Assembly (NCBI GenBank): GCA_020725195.1
Contig: DYFL01000005.1
Span: 48,513-80,512, forward strand
Reading direction: 5' to 3'
Origin: Hydrogenophilus sp.
GTDB taxonomy: Bacteria; Pseudomonadota; Gammaproteobacteria; Burkholderiales; Thiobacillaceae
Length of the DNA: 32,000 nucleotides
Part shown: one piece after another, positions 26,372-32,000 of the stretch
Layout of the letters: every line of letters starts with the position of its first letter
Position numbering within the stretch: the first letter of the stretch is position 1
Program-made: the position numbers and the translations under genes
Notes under the pieces: model-generated
Databases searched by the model: none
What the model was told of the DNA's origin: nothing
The model's input: only the letters and a program-made list of their open reading frames with translations

Positions 26372-27913
26372 TTACTCCCCATTCCCGATGTCAGACCGCC
26401 CGGCCAAGTTCGCCGCCGCCATGCCCCGCGCCATGGCTTCCGCCCACTTCGGGTTGTTCGCCTTCAAGGCTTCGATCCCGGCCAGGGCTTCGTCGAAGTC
26501 TCCCGCCTCGGCGACGACGGCGGCAATCTGCTGAATGAGGGCCTGCTCATGCGGTGCGCACAGGGCGGCCAGCTGGGCGGCATAGGGGCCGGTGATGTCC
26601 TGCTCTCCGGCCTTGGCCAGCGCCGCTAGGCGCACCAGGGCAGCGTCGGCGGGCGACGTGGTCGGCTTGCCGGACGTCACCAGCAGCTTGGCCCCCTTTG
26701 CGGCGCGGGGAATCTGCATGGTCTGGTGCGCCCACTCCACGTCGATCTCCATGCCCACGTCGGCGGCCTTGACCAGGACATCCACCATCTTGGCCTGATC
26801 GACCGTTTCTTCGGTCTGGTAGCCGAAGGTCGGCAGCCGATCCGCCGGGAACATGCCGTTGATGAGCGCCACCGGGCGCACTACCTGACCGTTCATGGTC
26901 GGTTCGATCTGGCGGACATCGTGCAGCATGATTTCGCGCCGGACCTTGTCATGGATCGCGCCCAGGGCGTTGGTGCTGGTCTTGCCGTCGGCCTGGCTGG
27001 TCAGCGTCCCGCCCAGGATCGCCATGGACTGCTTGCGCTCCCAGTAGCCGACCGCGTTCAGGAAGTCATCGACCGTGCCGGTCTTCGTTGCCTGGATGAA
27101 GTCGATGGACATGGTGCTGGGGACCACGCCCGCGCCATCGTTGCCGATGTTGCGCACCGCTTTCAGCAGTTCGTCGCGCTGTTTGGGGGCGATGCCCGCC
27201 GGATACTTGCCCAGACGCAACGGCAGGCCGTAGACCTCCAGGAAGCGCTGCATGTCGCGGACGTTGTAAGCCTTGTAGGCATACGTCCAGGCCAGCACAC
27301 GGAACAGCGCGGCCTGTTCGATGTAGCCGGACTTCGCCCGGTGCTCATGGACCACCCAGCCCCATTCACGCAGGGCCTCCGGCAGCCCCATCTTGAGGAA
27401 CTGGATGGCCCCGGTGTCACGATCCACCTGGAACATGCGCTGCGGCACCCAGTGGAGCGCCTGCGGCAGCCAGGTGCTGCCCGTCTTCCACTCGATCTCC
27501 AGGGCGGCGAAGCCCTTGCCGATGGCGTCGGTGAGGTCGTACTGGGCGTCCTCGAAGCGCGGGATGTTGCGCAGCATGTCCGCCAGTTCCTCGGTGCGGT
27601 CGATTTCGGCCTGGCTGGCATCCTTGGGCGGGTGCAGCTGCCAGCCGAGGCCGGTCACCGCCCGGCGGCGCTTCGCCAGTTCGGCGAAGATGTGCGGGTC
27701 TTGCTCTTCGACCAGTTCAAACAGGGTCGCCTGGTCGGTGATGAAGCCCTGGTCGGCAGAGGCAAACGCGGCGGCGAGCCGCGACGGGTCCAGGGTGTTC
27801 ACCGAGGCGTAGTTGAGGCTGTTGCCCTGGGTGGAACGGGCACCCGCCTGCAACTTGTCCAGCCCGGAGCGGGCCACCTTGGCCAGTGCGGCCTTGATCT
27901 CTTTAATCATCAT
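26372..27913 (-). CDS. Mu gp29-like portal protein (DUF935)
   Basis: DPHIFAELAKRRRAVTGLGWQLHPP, QRFLEVYGLPLRLGKY, SMSIDFIQATKTGTVDDFLNAV; start 27913 or 27910. Confidence 0.92.
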   Translation of the reverse strand: MMIKEIKAALAKVARSGLDKLQAGARSTQGNSLNYASVNTLDPSRLAAAFASADQGFITDQATLFELVEEQDPHIFAELAKRRRAVTGLGWQLHPPKDASQAEIDRTEELADMLRNIPRFEDAQYDLTDAIGKGFAALEIEWKTGSTWLPQALHWVPQRMFQVDRDTGAIQFLKMGLPEALREWGWVVHEHRAKSGYIEQAALFRVLAWTYAYKAYNVRDMQRFLEVYGLPLRLGKYPAGIAPKQRDELLKAVRNIGNDGAGVVPSTMSIDFIQATKTGTVDDFLNAVGYWERKQSMAILGGTLTSQADGKTSTNALGAIHDKVRREIMLHDVRQIEPTMNGQVVRPVALINGMFPADRLPTFGYQTEETVDQAKMVDVLVKAADVGMEIDVEWAHQTMQIPRAAKGAKLLVTSGKPTTSPADAALVRLAALAKAGEQDITGPYAAQLAALCAPHEQALIQQIAAVVAEAGDFDEALAGIEALKANNPKWAEAMARGMAAANLAGRSDIGNGE

Positions 27914-29600
27914 CGTCCCAATCGTCAGAATGGCCGCTGGCGCGGCTGGTGCTGCGGCGGTCCCGGCGTGATGCCGCCGCCGACGTGTATTGCCATTCGC
28001 CCGCGAACTGGGTGGCGAGCTTCCAGAGCTTTTCCAGGGCGTCCGGGCCGTCGTCATGGTCGGCTTCCGGCCAGAACTTCAACTGCTCGTTCAGCACCCC
28101 ATGGGAGCGGTGGGTGCGAATCTTCCCGTTGGCCACATGGGGTTGCAGCGAGATGATCCGCAAGTCCTTTTCCACGTTCTCCGGCATCGGAATGCCGGGG
28201 AAGGCGATGCCCAGCAGGGCGGCACGCTTGAGCAGTTCGGTGTACATGAATTCTTGGAACTGCACGGTCTCCACGCCCCAGGCCAGGCACTGGTATTCAG
28301 CCTGTAGGTCGATGGCGCGGCTGATGATGAGGTCGGGAACCCGGCGGCAGATATCCGCCTCCACCACGTCCAGCACCATCGTGTTGCGGTTCAGACCTCC
28401 CACCAGGATGGCCGACGGGTCGCGCTTCTTGTTCTGCTTGCCCAGCGACGGGTCGATGGACCCGAAGAAGAGCCAGTCGTTACGCCGATCCACCCAGAAT
28501 TGCAGGGTCTTGAATGGGGCCGTGTCATCGTTGCCAGCCTCGTTCTGCTGCTCCTGGTTAAAGGCATCGTGGTCGGTCGCCCGCATGCACATCAGGCGGT
28601 ACAGCGGGCGCACATCCGGCCAGGAAACCACGGCCCCGGCGTCCATGGCCTCTTTGTTTGACTGGTAGAAGGCCAGCGCCTCGGCTTCGGCGGCTTCCTT
28701 GGCCTCTTCGTCATCGGCCCCGGCGGTGTAGATGCCTTCCCACTTGTCCCACAGGTCCATGCGGTCGGGCCATTGCATAATCGACTTGAAGACCTTGCGA
28801 CGCCAGCCAGGCTTGCGAGAAACGCGGTTGATCGCGGCGTCGTAGTGCAGGCTGGTGCCTGGCCAGAACACATCCATACCACCGGCAGGACCGGCCAAGC
28901 CGAGGACGGCTTTCAGCACGAAGTCCTGCACCTTGTCGCGCTGGCCCTTGTCCCGCACGTTGTCGTCGTTTTCCAGGTCATCCAGGAAGATCAGGTCGGG
29001 CCGGTGCGGGCCGTGCTTCATACCCCGGATTTTCTTGCCCGTGCCGCCGATCCGCACCTTGCGATTGTTGGCCGTGACAATCGTCGTCGCCTGCCACACC
29101 CGACCGCGCCCGCAAGCCTCCGGGAAGTCCATCGCCAGGCGCGGGTTGGTGTCCAGTTCCGCCTTGATGCTCTCCAGCATTTCGGCGGCCTGTTCCTCGG
29201 TGTTCATGATGATGCCGATCATGTGCTTGCGGCCCGTCACGATGCACCACAAGCTGCCCAGCTGGGTCTCGTAGGTCGACTTGGCCTCGCCCCGTGGGGC
29301 TTGATGCACTTCGCGGCCATCCGTGTGGCCGTCGATGACCTCCGGCAGGCGCTTGAAGATGAACTGCTGGAACAGCGAGAAAAAGGCGGTCGGGACGTAG
29401 TGCGGGAAGTAGGTGCGGCAGAAGAACTCGTAGTCATTCCAGGCCCGTTCCCGCCGCGCCTTGCTGGCCGCCGGGTCGGTGTCGAAAGCCTCGCACTCCA
29501 GTTCGATGGTGTTGCGGATTTCCTCGCCCAGCTTGGCCAGTTCTTCCTCGAACTCCCGCCAGTTGCGGACTTCCTTGATCGCCCGGTCGTTACCCACCAT
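27903..29600 (-). CDS. Phage terminase large subunit (Mu gp28-like position)
   Basis: QAPRGEAKSTYETQL, PDLIFLDDLENDDNVR, GSIDPSLGKQNKKRDPSAI; start ATG 29600 preferred over 29633. Confidence 0.92.
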   Translation of the reverse strand: MVGNDRAIKEVRNWREFEEELAKLGEEIRNTIELECEAFDTDPAASKARRERAWNDYEFFCRTYFPHYVPTAFFSLFQQFIFKRLPEVIDGHTDGREVHQAPRGEAKSTYETQLGSLWCIVTGRKHMIGIIMNTEEQAAEMLESIKAELDTNPRLAMDFPEACGRGRVWQATTIVTANNRKVRIGGTGKKIRGMKHGPHRPDLIFLDDLENDDNVRDKGQRDKVQDFVLKAVLGLAGPAGGMDVFWPGTSLHYDAAINRVSRKPGWRRKVFKSIMQWPDRMDLWDKWEGIYTAGADDEEAKEAAEAEALAFYQSNKEAMDAGAVVSWPDVRPLYRLMCMRATDHDAFNQEQQNEAGNDDTAPFKTLQFWVDRRNDWLFFGSIDPSLGKQNKKRDPSAILVGGLNRNTMVLDVVEADICRRVPDLIISRAIDLQAEYQCLAWGVETVQFQEFMYTELLKRAALLGIAFPGIPMPENVEKDLRIISLQPHVANGKIRTHRSHGVLNEQLKFWPEADHDDGPDALEKLWKLATQFAGEWQYTSAAASRRDRRSTSRASGHSDDWDDDD

Positions 29601-30087
29601 AGCGCTTCCCCAGGGTGGCCCCGACCTCTTCAAAGTGCGGTTGTAGCGCCTTCAAAGCTGCGGGATCGTGCAGGCGCAGGTGGTCGGCGATGGTCTTGAG
29701 CGTGTCCAACGCTACAGAGAGGCCGGAGAACTGCGGATTGAGCCGTGAGAATGATTTGCTGAACTTGGCGTAGGCATCGGCCAACTGCGCCAGCAACGTC
29801 GCCTTGTCGGCGGCGGGAATCTTGGCTTCCTCCAGTTCGCGGGTGGTGGTGATGACCTGGCGGGCAAAATCTTCCACCAGCTGCTTGTTCAGGTCATCCA
29901 TGCCCTGTTCGCTGATGCGGTAGGCGGCACGGGCCGTATCCCAGTCGTCGCCCCTGGACTGCGCCTTGGCCTTCCAGTCCCGCGCCGTGTCATAGCTGAC
30001 CCCGCAAGTGACGGCAGCGCCGTTCAAGGGCATGCCCTCGATGTACAGCTGCCGCACCTTGTCGCGGGTTTCCTGAGAATGGGCCAT
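29590..30087 (-). CDS. DUF1804 / Mu gp27-like probable small terminase
   Basis: MAHSQETRDKVRQLYIEGMPLNGAAVTCGVSYDTARDWKAKAQSRGDDWDTAR. Confidence 0.88.
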   Translation of the reverse strand: MAHSQETRDKVRQLYIEGMPLNGAAVTCGVSYDTARDWKAKAQSRGDDWDTARAAYRISEQGMDDLNKQLVEDFARQVITTTRELEEAKIPAADKATLLAQLADAYAKFSKSFSRLNPQFSGLSVALDTLKTIADHLRLHDPAALKALQPHFEEVGATLGKRYGG

Positions 30088-30090
30088 CAG

Positions 30091-30459
30091 TCACATCCGC
30101 TTGATGAGTTCGACCGCAGCAGCTGCCAGCGCACCGCCGACACCGCCGCCGAGGGCTGACAGCTTGGCCGTCTTCTCGATCAGGCGCTTGTCTTCGGCTT
30201 CCAGGTTGCTGACGCGGGTGCCCAGGCTGTCGATACGCTTGCCGACGCTGGTTTCCAGGTTGTCGATGCGCTGGCCGAGGCTGTCCTCGATACGGTCCAT
30301 GCGTTCGGACTGTGCGGATTCCATGCGGCGGATATCGGCCTTGATGTCTTCGATCCGGGCCGTCAGGCCCTGGTGCATGGCCTGCACCGCGCCGGTCAGC
30401 TGACCGATGCTATGCATGATTTGAGAGTTGTCGCGGCGGTCGCCTTCGGTTTGTTCCAT
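30091..30459 (-). CDS. Coiled-coil phage protein with C-terminal hydrophobic segment
   Basis: Repeats RIEDSLGQRIDNLETSVGKRIDSLGTRVSNLEA then GGGVGGALAAAAVELI. Confidence 0.65.
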   Translation of the reverse strand: MEQTEGDRRDNSQIMHSIGQLTGAVQAMHQGLTARIEDIKADIRRMESAQSERMDRIEDSLGQRIDNLETSVGKRIDSLGTRVSNLEAEDKRLIEKTAKLSALGGGVGGALAAAAVELIKRM

Positions 30460-31019
30460 TACTGCTCCCCTTGTTGTTTGCGATCTGCGGTAACGACCGC
30501 CTGGCAGGCAGTCAGTTGATGGACTACTTCGTCGGCTTCGCTGGCGAGTCCGACAAGAAATTCAGAAGCCTGGACAGAAAGTTCGGCTCGCGTTTCACCA
30601 TCACGTCCGACGGTGCCGGGGCCAGGCGCGGCGGTTCCACTTCCACCGGCTCCATCGGGGCAGGCAACGGGGATGCGCAGGCGCAGAGCGCCAGAGCGCA
30701 GATCAGCAACAGCGCGGTCCTTTGCAGCTTTTTCATGCTTCAAATCCTCTTGGTATTTGGCCGATGCGGCGGCCATGTCATGGGCGTGCTCACGCTCCCT
30801 GGCGCGGGCCTGGTCTTCCAGTTCCTTGATACGGGTGTTGGCCTTGGTCAGGGCGGTGTTCTCGCGGCCCAGCCATGCCGTCCGCTCGGCCTTTTCTCCC
30901 TGCCCGAACTGCTGTTGGCCGTAGGCGTAGATGGCGGCCACTACGGCGGCCACTACGGCGGCCACCAGAAGCACGGCGCCCAGCAGCTTGGCCCGCGGCG
31001 GAATGAAGGGCAGCTTCAT
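30459..31019 (-). CDS. Rz-like inner-membrane spanin subunit
   Basis: Single N-terminal TM then long coiled-coil helix; contains the lipoprotein ORF in another frame. Confidence 0.7.
   Translation of the reverse strand: MKLPFIPPRAKLLGAVLLVAAVVAAVVAAIYAYGQQQFGQGEKAERTAWLGRENTALTKANTRIKELEDQARAREREHAHDMAAASAKYQEDLKHEKAAKDRAVADLRSGALRLRIPVACPDGAGGSGTAAPGPGTVGRDGETRAELSVQASEFLVGLASEADEVVHQLTACQAVVTADRKQQGEQ
30524..30736 (-). CDS. Rz1-like outer-membrane spanin lipoprotein, nested in Rz
   Basis: MKKLQRTALLLICALALCACASPLPAPMEPVEVEPPRLAPAP: lipobox and proline-rich mature part. Confidence 0.7.
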   Translation of the reverse strand: MKKLQRTALLLICALALCACASPLPAPMEPVEVEPPRLAPAPSDVMVKREPNFLSRLLNFLSDSPAKPTK

Positions 31020-31645
31020 GCCGACACCCCACGGCCCCAGGCGAGATAGCGGGGCTGCAACAGGGTCAGGATGCGGCGGGGATAGCCCAGGTTTTCCGGG
31101 CAGAAGCTGGGGTGGCGGCGGGCCTTGCCGCAGGCGTTGTCCACCGCCTGCCGATCCAGCGCCGGGCGTACTGTGGCGGCCTCCTGCTGCCAGTGGCCCA
31201 GCCCGCCGTTGTAGGCCCGCAGGGCGGCCCATAGGCGGTCGAACTCGGAAGGGCCGCGCACCCGGTCAAACAGCCAGCGGTCGTAGCCCACCAGCGCCCG
31301 CATGGCCCATGTCGGATTGGTCGGCTGGCACTCGGCAGCGCCCAGCCCGTTGGCCTCGCACCACCACCGCGCCGTGGCGGGCATGAACTGCGCCATGCCG
31401 ACGGCACCGACGCGGGAAACGGCCTCGGGGTTCCATCCGCTTTCCTGGTGGATTTGGGCAGCGAAGGCCGCGACCGGGGCATCCAGGCCCCAGGCGGCAT
31501 GGGCGGCGCGGGTAAGGTCGGCCCGGTGCTTGAGAGCGGCACGGGGAACGTCCTGGGCGTTCGCCAGCAGTGGCAGCATGACCAGCGATAGCAGCGCGGC
31601 GCAGACCACCAGTGCCCAGCGGGCAGTGGAGCGATGGATGCGCAT
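31016..31645 (-). CDS. Lytic transglycosylase (phage endolysin)
   Basis: AAQIHQESGWNPEAVSRVGAVGMAQFMPATARWW, ALRAYNGGLGH. Confidence 0.93.
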   Translation of the reverse strand: MRIHRSTARWALVVCAALLSLVMLPLLANAQDVPRAALKHRADLTRAAHAAWGLDAPVAAFAAQIHQESGWNPEAVSRVGAVGMAQFMPATARWWCEANGLGAAECQPTNPTWAMRALVGYDRWLFDRVRGPSEFDRLWAALRAYNGGLGHWQQEAATVRPALDRQAVDNACGKARRHPSFCPENLGYPRRILTLLQPRYLAWGRGVSA

Positions 31646-31646
31646 G

Positions 31647-32000
31647 TCAGGCCCCCAGGCCGATGGCCATCATGGCGCAGCCGACGATGATGGCCCGGCG
31701 CAGCATGGCCATGGCGAACACGAAGCCATCGCCATCGACTACCTCCCAGGGGATCAGCTTGCAGTCGCCGTCCAGGTCGATGTCGCAGGCTTCCTCATCG
31801 GGCGTGATCTTGACGATGAACGAATCGGGGCGGGCGTAGGGGAAGAGGGAGCGGTCAAGCCAGTACCCGGCCACCCCGGCCATGGTGACCAGGGAGAGCT
31901 TGTAGAGGCTGACGGGAAGCTGGTGTGGATAGAGCAGGCCGATGACGGCCAGCAGCAGGACGGTGGCAATCAGCCACCCGAAAAGGCGGGGTTGTTTCAT
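31647..32000 (-). CDS. Putative phage holin
   Basis: Three hydrophobic segments, directly upstream of the transglycosylase and spanins. Confidence 0.65.
   Translation of the reverse strand: MKQPRLFGWLIATVLLLAVIGLLYPHQLPVSLYKLSLVTMAGVAGYWLDRSLFPYARPDSFIVKITPDEEACDIDLDGDCKLIPWEVVDGDGFVFAMAMLRRAIIVGCAMMAIGLGA

Larger units (their letters stand above)
16113..32000. mobile_element. Integrated phage or phage/satellite composite next to tRNA-Ala; right end outside window
   Basis: tRNA-adjacent tyrosine integrase, AlpA-like gene, RepA-like ATPase, then a Mu-like morphogenesis/lysis module; left boundary at the tRNA is inferred. Confidence 0.85.

Noticed and set aside
26726-29699. Plus-strand ORFs 26726-28156, 27949-28668 and 28773-29699
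   Set aside because: Antisense of DUF935 portal and terminase genes, no family signal

Overview
The left half (about 1-16100) is an ordinary gammaproteobacterial-type chromosome. It carries the dcw cluster start (ftsI, ftsL, rsmH, mraZ; minus strand), rnpB, pyrC, rsmI, yraN, diaA, a dolP-like BON gene, ubiD, an ankyrin gene, a TonB-dependent receptor with a YfiR/DUF4154 gene, a yeaD-like mutarotase, ilvD, lgt and tRNA-Ala(CGC). The right half (about 16113 to beyond 32000) is an integrated mobile element next to the tRNA. Its left module (16.2-23.7 kb, plus strand) looks satellite- or plasmid-like: tyrosine integrase, AlpA-like regulator, a run of small unknown genes, a RepA-like AAA ATPase with a GCAAC-rich iteron-like tract behind it, a lone phage morphogenesis gene, and a chain of very tightly overlapping small genes. 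It converges on a Mu-like head/lysis module (23.8-32.0 kb, minus strand): holin-like, transglycosylase, nested Rz/Rz1, gp27-like, terminase, DUF935 portal, MazG-like, gpF-like protein with a nuclease-like tail, and gpG-like. No protease or major capsid gene is visible in the window. The most interesting points are this composite architecture, the iteron-like tract, the coupled small-gene chain, the gpF C-terminal domain, and a phased MraZ box beside a 7-bp tandem array. All family names come from reading the protein sequences; no database search was run.
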